From: Nitrosococcus oceani ATCC 19707 | Lineage (GTDB): Bacteria; Pseudomonadota; Gammaproteobacteria; Nitrosococcales; Nitrosococcaceae | Length of the DNA stretch: 32,000 bases | Assembly: GCF_000012805.1 (NCBI RefSeq) | Contig: NC_007484.1 | Coordinates: 1,380,001 to 1,412,000, forward strand | Direction: 5' to 3' | In this document: one piece after another, positions 19,127 to 27,808 of the stretch | Layout: each line of letters opens with the position of its first letter | Numbering within the stretch: position 1 is the stretch's first letter | Notes under the pieces: generated by a model | The model's database searches: none | The model's input: only the letters and a program-made list of their open reading frames with translations | Told to the model about the DNA's origin: nothing | Translations under genes and position numbers: made by a program

Positions 19127-19166
19127 GGCAGTGCGATGACTGCATCTCGATATAAAGATAGGGATA

Positions 19167-19973
19167 ATGGATATGCAAGGGCCTAAATATCTTTTTGAAA
19201 ATGAAGATCATTGGAGAACCGCTATGGGCGCCTGGTTTCCAGGAGAGCGGGTGGTTTTCCGTGGCAAGGATTTGTTTAAGGAATTAAAAGACCTTCCCTG
19301 GATGGGCTTGCTACTTTATGGCATTACGGGACGAATCCCTAACGGTAAACAGATTCGGCTGTTTGACGGTATTTGGACTTTATGCACCAGCTATCCTGAT
19401 CCGAGATTATGGAATAATCGGGTCGCCGCGCTGGCAGGCACCACCAGAAGCACTGCCGCGTTAGCCCTCAGCGCGGGAAATGCAGTTTCGGAGGCTTCAA
19501 TTTATGGACGGCGACCAGATATCCGAGCCATTGATTTCCTACTTCGGGTTAAATGCCAATTAGAGGCAGGTGCTGAGATAGAAGAGATTGTAATAAAAGA
19601 ATTAAAGAAATATAAAATTATTCCTGGATATGGCCGCCCTATTACGCGTAAAGATGAGCGCATTGAACCTCTCCTGTCATTAGCCGAAGAAATAGATTTT
19701 TCCCACGGCCCCTATGTGAAGCTTGCATTTATGATCGAGGAAACTCTGTTGCAAGGACGGCGGCGTTTGCATATGAACATTGCCGCTCTAGCAGCAGCAC
19801 TAGCCGCCGATCAGGGATTATCTTGTCGGGAATATTATCATTATTCCATCTTGAGTTTCTCTGCGGGGATGTTGCCTTGTTATGTAGAGGCAGTGAGAAA
19901 ACCAGAAGGCGTCTTTTTCCCGCTGTCTTGTGATCGTATTCAATATAAGGGTAAGCCTCGCCGGGTTTGGTGA
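19167..19973 (+). CDS. Divergent citrate synthase / citryl-CoA lyase-fold protein, paralog B
   Basis: WRTAMG....GERVVFRGKDLFKELKDLPWMGLLLYGITGRIP...QIRLFDGIW fits the N-terminal pattern of citryl-CoA-lyase-like proteins (W.T.I....i.vRGydl.eL). The later IPGYGRPITRKDERIEPL aligns with the citrate synthase PGFGHxVYxxxDPR motif, with Arg in place of His. Confidence 0.62.
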   Translation: MDMQGPKYLFENEDHWRTAMGAWFPGERVVFRGKDLFKELKDLPWMGLLLYGITGRIPNGKQIRLFDGIWTLCTSYPDPRLWNNRVAALAGTTRSTAALALSAGNAVSEASIYGRRPDIRAIDFLLRVKCQLEAGAEIEEIVIKELKKYKIIPGYGRPITRKDERIEPLLSLAEEIDFSHGPYVKLAFMIEETLLQGRRRLHMNIAALAAALAADQGLSCREYYHYSILSFSAGMLPCYVEAVRKPEGVFFPLSCDRIQYKGKPRRVW

Positions 19974-20008
19974 GCATCAATAAAAAGCAATTTCCCCGCT
20001 ACGCTATT

Positions 20009-22141
20009 ATGTATTTTTCATTGATCACTCGTAGCATTTTTTGCTTATTAATGTTTTATGCAGTCAATGCTTTGGCTATAAGCCTAGAGGCGGATGATGA
20101 AGAAGCCTTGCTTAGTTTATATGGTGATGAGGAAATGATTAGCCTTGCTACCGGCAATAGTAAGCCCATTTCCAGGGCGCCGGCCATTGCGACGGTTATC
20201 ACCGCGGAAGATATTAAAGAGATAGGCGCCACGGATATAGATCAAGTGCTGGAGACGGTGCCAGGATTGCATGTGGCAAGAAGTCCTCGGGGATACAATC
20301 CTATTTACACCTTCCGGGGGATTTTTTCCCAATTCAATTCGCAAGTGTTAATGCTGATAAATGGTATACCTATCACCAATCTATTTGCTGGAGATCGAAA
20401 CCAGGTTTGGGGAGGACTGCCGGTACAGTCTATTGCCCGGGTTGAAGTGATCCGTGGGCCCGGTTCGGCAATTTATGGGGCGGACGCCTTTGCGGGCGTT
20501 ATTAATATCATTACCAAAGCCAAGGAAGATATCGCGGGCACTGAAGTAGGAGGCCGTGCTGGCAGCTTTAATAGCTGGGATGGCTGGGCCCTCCATGGGG
20601 ATAGTTGGGGTGGTTTTGATGTGGCGGTGATGTTGGAATATGGTGATACGGACGGTCAGCGGAGAACTATTGATGAGGATGCCCAAACTTTCTTTGATAG
20701 CCAGTTTAATACGGATGCTTCCTTAGCGCCCGGTTCGGTAAATTTGCAGCGGGAGAATTTTGATGCCCGTGTGGATATCAGCCGGGAACATTGGCGTCTG
20801 CGGGCAGGTTTGCAGCGGCGGCAAAATGTCGGTACGGGTGCTGGCGTTGCACAGGCTCTTGATCCCAGTGGTCGCTTTGCCAGTGACCGCTGGAATGCGG
20901 ATTTGACTTATCATAATCCTGAATTCTTTAGTGAAAATTGGGATGTCACGGCGCAGCTAAGTTATTTTAATACCAGTCAGGAAGTCGAACAAAATGTCCG
21001 CCTATTTCCGCCAGGAGCAGATTTCAATAGCGCCCCTGGAATAGATTTTCCAGAGGGCGTAATTGGAAACCCCGAAGTTTTTGAGCGCCATGCCAGGTTC
21101 AAGGTGTCAACCTTTTATACCGGATTCGAGCAACATCAGATTCATGCGGGCACAGGCATGCGTTATGGTGATCTCTACGATGTCAAAGAAGTCAAAAATT
21201 ATGAATTTGATTTTGAAACGGGCCTGCCCCGTCCCTTGGGAGGTTTAAGAGATGTTACTGGGGATTTATCCCAGGTTTTTCTGCGCGAGCGAGATCGTAA
21301 GAATTATTATGTCTTTTTGCAAGATGTTTGGAATTTTGCTAATGATTGGGAATTCACCGCGGGTGTGCGGTATGATCATTTCTCGGATTTTGGTGATACC
21401 GTTAATCCTCGTCTCGCCTTGGTTTGGGCGACCCGTTATAATCTAACGACTAAGCTCCTTTATGGCCGTGCTTTCCGCGCTCCTTCTTTTGCCGAATTAT
21501 TCAATATTAATAACCCAGTTGCCATAGGTAATCCTAACCTTGATCCGGAGACAATTGAAACTGTAGAGCTAGCCTTTGATTATCGGCCCAGCAACGCATT
21601 GCGATTAGCCCTGAGTTTATTTCACTATCGTTGGGACGACATCATTCAATTTGTGTCCGACCCTGGTACTAGCGTAAACGTTGCTGAAAATGCCGGCAGG
21701 CAAAAGGGCTTTGGGATGGAATTGGAAGCAGACTGGGCGCTTACCTCTAATTTTCATCTTCTAGGCAACTATGCTTTTCAGCATTCAACGGATGAAAAAA
21801 CCGGCAAGAATGCGGGCCATGCGCCTCAACATCAAATTTATCTGCGCGGAAGCTGGGAATTTCTTCCCCATTGGCGTTTAACGCCACAGTTTAATTGGGT
21901 TATCGATCGATCACGTACCGCTAGCGATAGTCGGCCTGCGATCAACAATTATAGTATTTTTGATTTGACTCTTCGCCGGACAGCGATCAAAAGACATTGG
22001 GAAGTCGCTTTCTCCGTGCGTAATCTATTTGATAGCGATGCCCGAGAACCTAGCCCGGCGGGCAATCCAGGTGCCTTAATTCCTAATGATCTTCCTTTAT
22101 CTGGACGTAGTTTTTTTGGAGAAATTCGGTTTCGTTTCTAG
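20009..22141 (+). CDS. TonB-dependent outer-membrane receptor
   Basis: ATG at 20009 gives a signal peptide MYFSLITRSIFCLLMFYAVNALA. The ORF track starts at TTG 19967, which overlaps the upstream gene. TonB-box-like EEMISLAT. Plug motifs (VITAEDIKEIGATDIDQVLETVPGLHV, RGPGSAIYGADAFAGVINIITK). A long beta-barrel with FRAPSF and NP.L.PE, and a C-terminal aromatic end ...GEIRFRF. Confidence 0.9.
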   Translation: MYFSLITRSIFCLLMFYAVNALAISLEADDEEALLSLYGDEEMISLATGNSKPISRAPAIATVITAEDIKEIGATDIDQVLETVPGLHVARSPRGYNPIYTFRGIFSQFNSQVLMLINGIPITNLFAGDRNQVWGGLPVQSIARVEVIRGPGSAIYGADAFAGVINIITKAKEDIAGTEVGGRAGSFNSWDGWALHGDSWGGFDVAVMLEYGDTDGQRRTIDEDAQTFFDSQFNTDASLAPGSVNLQRENFDARVDISREHWRLRAGLQRRQNVGTGAGVAQALDPSGRFASDRWNADLTYHNPEFFSENWDVTAQLSYFNTSQEVEQNVRLFPPGADFNSAPGIDFPEGVIGNPEVFERHARFKVSTFYTGFEQHQIHAGTGMRYGDLYDVKEVKNYEFDFETGLPRPLGGLRDVTGDLSQVFLRERDRKNYYVFLQDVWNFANDWEFTAGVRYDHFSDFGDTVNPRLALVWATRYNLTTKLLYGRAFRAPSFAELFNINNPVAIGNPNLDPETIETVELAFDYRPSNALRLALSLFHYRWDDIIQFVSDPGTSVNVAENAGRQKGFGMELEADWALTSNFHLLGNYAFQHSTDEKTGKNAGHAPQHQIYLRGSWEFLPHWRLTPQFNWVIDRSRTASDSRPAINNYSIFDLTLRRTAIKRHWEVAFSVRNLFDSDAREPSPAGNPGALIPNDLPLSGRSFFGEIRFRF

Positions 22142-22292
22142 CCGATCGTGTAGTACGAGAAAATTGTTATAAAACCAGCGCCGGTTAATAGGGTTGTTTT
22201 TACAATAATTTTATGTTGGTGGACTGTTAGCGCCATTTAGTTATTTAAAAATAAAAGTATTATTGGCCGTAAACTTCGATAAGGATAGTTCG

Positions 22293-23249
22293 TTGACAGC
22301 TGGAAAAATAAGAAGTTGCCGCCAATGTTTTCTTTTGCTTGTATGGTTTTTTCTCGGTGGCTTAGGTATAGGGCCGGTAGCATTGGCTGATTCACCAGCA
22401 ATTGCTGTCATATATCCAGATATCAGGGAACCTTATCGGGGTATTTTTCTTAAAATTATAAAAGGAATTGAGAATAAGCTAAAAAAAACCGTCAAAATTT
22501 ACCCGTTAGAAAAAGATTATGATATTGAAGCAGTCAAATATTACCTCAGGAAAGCGCAGATACAGGGTGTTATTGTTCTTGGAAGCAGAGGGTTATCGGC
22601 AGCGAAAGATCTACAATTCATGTTTCATGTTGTTGTCGGTGCGGTGTTGATTTCTCCTAATGGGGAGGATCTGACAGGCATCTCACTGACACCTGATCCT
22701 GCAATTCTCTTTCAGAAGCTTCTGGAAATTGACCCTCGCATTAAGCGAATTACTCTGATTTATAATCGGGATCAGACCGAATGGCTTATTGAGAGGGCAG
22801 TAAAAGCGGCTAGATTTTATAGCATAGAGATTAATACGTTCCCTGTGGAAAATATTCGTGAAGCGGCTACGCTGTACCGCGATATCTTACAACACTTGGA
22901 AGAGGGGAAAGACGCGATTTGGCTGCCTCAGGACTCCACTATTGATGAACAGGCCATTCTACCGCTTATTCTGAAAAAATCTTGGGAACGGAATCTAGCC
23001 GTATTTTCTAGTAATTTAGCTCATATACCGAGAGGAGCCCTGTTTGCTCTCTATCCAGATAATGAAAGAATGGGGCAGAGCCTTGCGGCGCTAGCATTAG
23101 AGGAAATAAAAAATAATAAAAGATCTATCGGGATAATTCCATTGCGTGATCTTTTAACCGCCGTCAATACGCGTACCGCAGATCATCTAGGGCTTAATTT
23201 AACGAGTCGGATGAAGCAGAATTTTGATTTGTCTTTTCCGGCACGATAG
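22293..23249 (+). CDS. Periplasmic substrate-binding protein (ABC_sub_bind / PF04392-like), with no cognate permease or ATPase adjacent
   Basis: There is no in-frame ATG before residue ~120, so a TTG start is required. TTG 22293 has AAGGA about 8 nt upstream; the ORF track uses TTG 22263. Signal peptide KIRSCRQCFLLLVWFFLGGLGIGPVALA. The mature N-terminus IAVIYPDIREPYRGIF...GIE and alternating beta/alpha periodicity resemble PF04392-type binding proteins. Family assignment is moderate confidence. Confidence 0.62.
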   Translation: MTAGKIRSCRQCFLLLVWFFLGGLGIGPVALADSPAIAVIYPDIREPYRGIFLKIIKGIENKLKKTVKIYPLEKDYDIEAVKYYLRKAQIQGVIVLGSRGLSAAKDLQFMFHVVVGAVLISPNGEDLTGISLTPDPAILFQKLLEIDPRIKRITLIYNRDQTEWLIERAVKAARFYSIEINTFPVENIREAATLYRDILQHLEEGKDAIWLPQDSTIDEQAILPLILKKSWERNLAVFSSNLAHIPRGALFALYPDNERMGQSLAALALEEIKNNKRSIGIIPLRDLLTAVNTRTADHLGLNLTSRMKQNFDLSFPAR

Positions 23250-23258
23250 GAGAGTCGA

Positions 23259-26200
23259 GTGAAAAAGTTATTACAATTTTTTCGAAGAAAAAAAGGATTT
23301 CGCCAGCAACTTGTGCTGACTTTTACTATTGGAATTATCTGCTTAGCCCTGCTTTCCTCTTTTGCTATTTCGACTCTATCCAGCCGCACGGTTCGTACGA
23401 CTTTGCTTGAGCAGGGACGTCGCGCTACTGAGACTTTTGCCGCCCAAAGTACGCTCGCCCTGCTTTACCAGAGCGCCGATAATGCCAAGGAGGCGGCCCG
23501 TGCAACACTGGCTTTCCCGGATATTCAAGGGGTAGCTATTTATGATCCGGAATACCAGGTATTATTGTCCGAAGGCCAGGAAGCACTGTTACCCGCAGAG
23601 CACGCGCTGTGGCCAAGAATGTTATGGTTAGAAAGAGAAACGGAAGATGCTTGGTATTTTGTCGCCCCAGTTTATACCCGTCAGGGAGGCTCTGATCTAG
23701 AGGAGTCGCCATTTTTAGCTAACCCGCCAGAACCAGAACTAATTGGTTTTGTACGGGTAATGATGGGTAAAAATACTTTAAAAGCTTTGGCAAGGGATAT
23801 TCTGCGCAGCAATTTACTGGTGTCTATCACTCTGGCTACGGTGCTGCTTCTTCTCTTGCTTGCGATTACGGCGCGGATGACTACGCCGCTTAAAAACCTA
23901 GCGGAAAAAATGAAACAGGCTGAGCTAGGTGAGAAAAAAGTGCGCGCTAAAGTGAATGGGCCAAAAGATATTATGGACATGGAGGGCGCTTTTAATACCA
24001 TGATGACCGTTTTGGAGGCCCGAGAGCAGGAATTGGAAAAGGCTCGAGATGCGGCTTTAGAGTCTGCCCGCATTAAAGGAGAGTTTGCTGCTAATGTCAG
24101 CCATGAGATTCGTACTCCCCTCAATGGGGTTATAGGAATACTTGAGTTGTTAAAAAATATGGGATTGAATCCAAAGCAACGCGAATACGTACAAGCAGCC
24201 TGTAATTCAGGAGAAACTCTATTAGAACTTATCGGCAATATACTGGATTTTTCTCGTATCGAGTCGGGAAAATTTAAACTTGATCCCATTAACTTCCATT
24301 TGCAAGAAATTTTGGATGATGTTATTGGCTTGCTTGCTGCTCAAGCTCAGCGGAAAGAGCTAGAATTGGGTTATGTGGTGCTCGATAATGTGCCTTTATC
24401 ATTGCGGGGAGATTCGGCCCGTATTCGGCAGATACTTATTAATTTAATGGCTAATGCAGTTAAATTCACTGATCGGGGAGAAGTGTCGATTGAAGTCAGT
24501 CTTCTTGAGAAAAAAGCAGAAAAACTAGTACTCCATTTTGAAGTTAGAGACACGGGTATTGGGATTCCGGTAGAGTTTCGAGCGCGTGTATTCGAGGCTT
24601 TTTCCCAAGCAGATAGCTCTACTACCCGTAAATATGGAGGCACTGGCCTGGGTCTAGCTATCTGCCGCCAATTAGTGGACTTAATGGGAGGAGACATTGG
24701 CGTAGAGAGTGGTTCCGGCAAAGGAAGTATTTTTTGGTTTACAGCACCATTAGAAGAAACGTCAGCACCCCAAGAGTTCCAAGTCTCTAATAAGACTGGG
24801 GTAGCTGGACTACGATTATTAATTGTCGATAACAGCGCGGCAAGTCGCCGTTTTATAGGGCAAACATTTAATGCTTGGGGAATGTATCATGGCTGCTCTG
24901 AGGATGGGCAGAAGGCGCTTAGAATGCTGCGTAGCGCTGCGGTTGAAGGCCGGGCTTATGACCTTGTGCTAGTAGATGAAAATATGCTTGATCTAAAAGG
25001 CTTTAATTTGGCGCATAAGATTACCGAAGATTCTCTAATTGCGCCCGTTAAGATAATACTGATGGGCCATCAGCACCATCCCGCTTCTAGTATATCCTCT
25101 CTACCCGGTGTGGTAAATTATGTGGCTAAGCCAGTGCAACAATCTTCCTTATATAACGTGATTGTAAGCGCCGTAAAACAAAATGAGGCGGCAGTCTCAG
25201 AAACTTTACCCGTGGCCATAGAAGAAACGGAATTTTCTGATCGCCGCATCTTGGTAGTTGAGGATAATCGGGTAAATCAGCAGGTAGCCGTTGGGATGTT
25301 GGAGAGATTTGGTTGCCGAGTTGAGGTGGTGAGTAATGGCCAAGAAGCACTGGATGCGATAGCCAATAAAGTTTATGAGTTAGTGTTAATGGATTGTCAT
25401 ATGCCGCAGATGGACGGTTATGAGGCGACCCGCCGGATTAGAGTTCGGGAAGCGGGTAATAAACAAGTGCCTATTATTGCTATGACGGCTAATGTTAGGA
25501 AGGGTGACAGTGATAAATGCATCTCAGCAGGGATGAATGATTACTTGCCAAAACCGCTACGGTTGAGTGTATTGCGAGATAAATTGCGGCATTGGCTAGG
25601 TACGAGTTCTTCAGATACAGATTCCGAAAATATTCAACTAGAAGGCAAGGAGAGCGAAACTCCTCTGGATCTGGTTGCCTTGAATAGATTTCGTGCCAGC
25701 GTTAGCGATGCTTTTCCTAGCATGGTTGAAACTTTTATTGAAGATACTTCGCTTTATTTAGAAGTTTTGCAAAAAGCGATCTTCGAGGACAAAGTCCATA
25801 AGGTAGGGGAAATGGCCCACAGTGTTAAGGGTAGCGCTAAGAATTTTGGCGCTAACCGGTTCGCCTCTATTGCTAAGCAATTAGAAGATTTGGGACGCTC
25901 TGGTTCTCTGGAAGGAGCCAAGGAACTATTTACTCAGTTATTCTCTGAATACTCCTTTGTTAAAAGGGCATTACAACAAGAAAACGAATCCAACAAAGAA
26001 ATCTGTCTCTTTAACAATAAAAAAAGATCACGGGTTCTTATCGTTGACGATGATCGAACTATGCGTATGGCGCTGCGCAACGTTTTGGAAAAAGGAGGCT
26101 ATTGGATTGATGAGGCGGTAAACGGCAATCAGGCGTTGGAATTTTGTAAACAGCAGATGCCGGACCTGGTTTTGATGGATGCGGTCATGCCCGTATTAGA

Positions 26201-27758
26201 TGGCTTTAACGCCTGTGCTCAGATACGGGATTTGCCAGATAGCAAGCATACACCGGTGCTTATTATTACCGCTTTAGATGATGATCATTCCATTGAAAGC
26301 GCTTTTTCTGCGGGAGCTACCGACTATATTCCAAAACCGGTGCATTTTTCTGTATTGCGGAAAAGGGTTGCTCGCCTGCTCGATGCTAGTCGGGCTGAAA
26401 AAGATATCCATCAATTAGCTTATCATGATGTGTTGACAAGTTTGCCAAACCGTACCCTGTTTCATAAACAGCTAGGGGAGTTGATGAATCGGTCTCATTT
26501 GAGAGGAGAGCAATTTGCTGTTCTATTCCTTGATTTGGATCGCTTTAAGCTGGTTAATGATACCCTGGGTCATGAGGTGGGCGATTTGCTGCTGAAGGCG
26601 GCGGCTGATCGGATTGTAGGGTGTCTTCGTTCAAATGATATGGTGGCCCGGTTAGGAGGAGATGAATTTACAGTTATCCTGGAAAAAATAGAATCCCCTC
26701 GGGTAGCGGCGGAAGTGGCTGCTAAGATCTGTAGTGTTCTCTCTAAAGTATTCGCCTTCTCAGGCCAGGAAATGTATATCAGTACCAGCATTGGAATTTC
26801 CCTCTATCCTGGTGATGGCGAAGACGTGAGCACGCTCGTCAAACATGCGGATACCGCTATGTTCCGCGCTAAAGAGCAAGGCAACAGTTATCAATTTTAT
26901 GAAAAGGGCATGGAGACGGCTGCTGTTAAGCGACTAGGCTTGGAAGCCGAACTTCGCCGGGCATTGGAGCAGAATGAACTAGCCCTTTATTATCAGCCGC
27001 AAATAAATCTTGGCACGGGAGAGATTGCCACCCTGGAAACGTTGATACGCTGGCATCATCCAGAGCATGGTTTAATTCCGCCGTCAGAGTTTATTCCCCT
27101 GGCGGAAGAAACCGGGCTTATCGCCTCCATTGGCGCTTGGATATTACGAGAAGCTTGTACCCAAATGCAGTCTTGGCTGCAGCGGGGATTCGGACCTTTC
27201 CATATTGCTGTGAATGTATCCGGCCGGGAGTTAGAAAGGGAAGATCTAGTTGATAAGATTGTAACCATACTGAAAGAAACAGGCTTGCCTCCAAAGTGGC
27301 TAGAGCTTGAAATCACTGAAAGCGTAGTGATGAAAGGCGCGGGTGCAGCGATACCTAAATTTCGCCGCTTGAGAGAGATGGGAATAAAATTCGCTATTGA
27401 TGATTTTGGTACGGGTTATTCGTCGTTAAATTATCTAAAAAGTTTCCCCGTCGATATATTAAAGATTGACCGTTGTTTTATCCATGACGTTGTCAGTAAT
27501 CCGGATGATGCTGCAATTATCAAAGGTATTATTGCACTTGCCCATAGCCTGCGGTTGAAAGTGGTTGCGGAAGGGGTGGAGACCCAGGCCCAGGAAGAAT
27601 TTCTTAAAGCGCACCAGTGTGACAGGTTTCAAGGCTTCTACCTTAGTGAGCCTTTATCAGCGGCCGAGATTGAACAAGCAATCTTGTCTTGGGGTAGGGA
27701 GAAAGGCTGTTCATCTTTATCGAAGATATACCTTTTCCATTCCAAAGGTACGGCTTAG
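23259..27758 (+). CDS. Hybrid sensor histidine kinase / triple receiver / HPt / diguanylate cyclase / c-di-GMP phosphodiesterase (1499 aa)
   Basis: GTG start with AGGAGAG Shine-Dalgarno, 9 bp after the binding-protein gene. Approximate residue ranges:
- TM1 at 17-38, periplasmic domain at 39-185, TM2 at 186-206.
- HAMP at 207-260.
- HisKA with H282 (SHEIRTPLNG); HATPase at 385-497 (N-box NLMANAVKFT, DTGIGI, GGTGLGLAI).
- REC1 at 518-636 (D573, partly degenerate).
- REC2 at 663-780 (EDN, D712, AMTA, PKP).
- HPt with H854 (HSVKGSAKNFGA).
- REC3 at 925-1042 (DDD, D974, PKP).
- GGDEF at 1052-1215, with GGDEF at 1133-1137 and the I-site RSND five residues upstream.
- EAL at 1228-1475 (ETL at 1260-1262, EITES, DDFGTGYSS, AEGVET, QGF). 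Confidence 0.96.
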   Translation: MKKLLQFFRRKKGFRQQLVLTFTIGIICLALLSSFAISTLSSRTVRTTLLEQGRRATETFAAQSTLALLYQSADNAKEAARATLAFPDIQGVAIYDPEYQVLLSEGQEALLPAEHALWPRMLWLERETEDAWYFVAPVYTRQGGSDLEESPFLANPPEPELIGFVRVMMGKNTLKALARDILRSNLLVSITLATVLLLLLLAITARMTTPLKNLAEKMKQAELGEKKVRAKVNGPKDIMDMEGAFNTMMTVLEAREQELEKARDAALESARIKGEFAANVSHEIRTPLNGVIGILELLKNMGLNPKQREYVQAACNSGETLLELIGNILDFSRIESGKFKLDPINFHLQEILDDVIGLLAAQAQRKELELGYVVLDNVPLSLRGDSARIRQILINLMANAVKFTDRGEVSIEVSLLEKKAEKLVLHFEVRDTGIGIPVEFRARVFEAFSQADSSTTRKYGGTGLGLAICRQLVDLMGGDIGVESGSGKGSIFWFTAPLEETSAPQEFQVSNKTGVAGLRLLIVDNSAASRRFIGQTFNAWGMYHGCSEDGQKALRMLRSAAVEGRAYDLVLVDENMLDLKGFNLAHKITEDSLIAPVKIILMGHQHHPASSISSLPGVVNYVAKPVQQSSLYNVIVSAVKQNEAAVSETLPVAIEETEFSDRRILVVEDNRVNQQVAVGMLERFGCRVEVVSNGQEALDAIANKVYELVLMDCHMPQMDGYEATRRIRVREAGNKQVPIIAMTANVRKGDSDKCISAGMNDYLPKPLRLSVLRDKLRHWLGTSSSDTDSENIQLEGKESETPLDLVALNRFRASVSDAFPSMVETFIEDTSLYLEVLQKAIFEDKVHKVGEMAHSVKGSAKNFGANRFASIAKQLEDLGRSGSLEGAKELFTQLFSEYSFVKRALQQENESNKEICLFNNKKRSRVLIVDDDRTMRMALRNVLEKGGYWIDEAVNGNQALEFCKQQMPDLVLMDAVMPVLDGFNACAQIRDLPDSKHTPVLIITALDDDHSIESAFSAGATDYIPKPVHFSVLRKRVARLLDASRAEKDIHQLAYHDVLTSLPNRTLFHKQLGELMNRSHLRGEQFAVLFLDLDRFKLVNDTLGHEVGDLLLKAAADRIVGCLRSNDMVARLGGDEFTVILEKIESPRVAAEVAAKICSVLSKVFAFSGQEMYISTSIGISLYPGDGEDVSTLVKHADTAMFRAKEQGNSYQFYEKGMETAAVKRLGLEAELRRALEQNELALYYQPQINLGTGEIATLETLIRWHHPEHGLIPPSEFIPLAEETGLIASIGAWILREACTQMQSWLQRGFGPFHIAVNVSGRELEREDLVDKIVTILKETGLPPKWLELEITESVVMKGAGAAIPKFRRLREMGIKFAIDDFGTGYSSLNYLKSFPVDILKIDRCFIHDVVSNPDDAAIIKGIIALAHSLRLKVVAEGVETQAQEEFLKAHQCDRFQGFYLSEPLSAAEIEQAILSWGREKGCSSLSKIYLFHSKGTA

Positions 27759-27808
27759 AAGTCTGAATATTTTTCTCACTATAAACGGCTATCCACACCA
27801 TCCATGGA

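Noticed and set aside
19967-20008. TTG start at 19967 for the TonB-dependent receptor, overlapping the upstream gene
   Set aside because: The ATG at 20009 yields a canonical signal peptide immediately. The extra 14 residues (MVSINKKQFPRYAI) would precede it without need. The longer form cannot be excluded.
23681-24289. 202-aa minus-strand ORF, plus similar antisense ORFs at 24371-24721, 17837-18142, 18546-18941 and 1340-1711
   Set aside because: All lie entirely inside strongly supported genes on the opposite strand. They have Ser/Arg/Pro-rich low-complexity translations typical of antisense frames, and they lack Shine-Dalgarno sequences.
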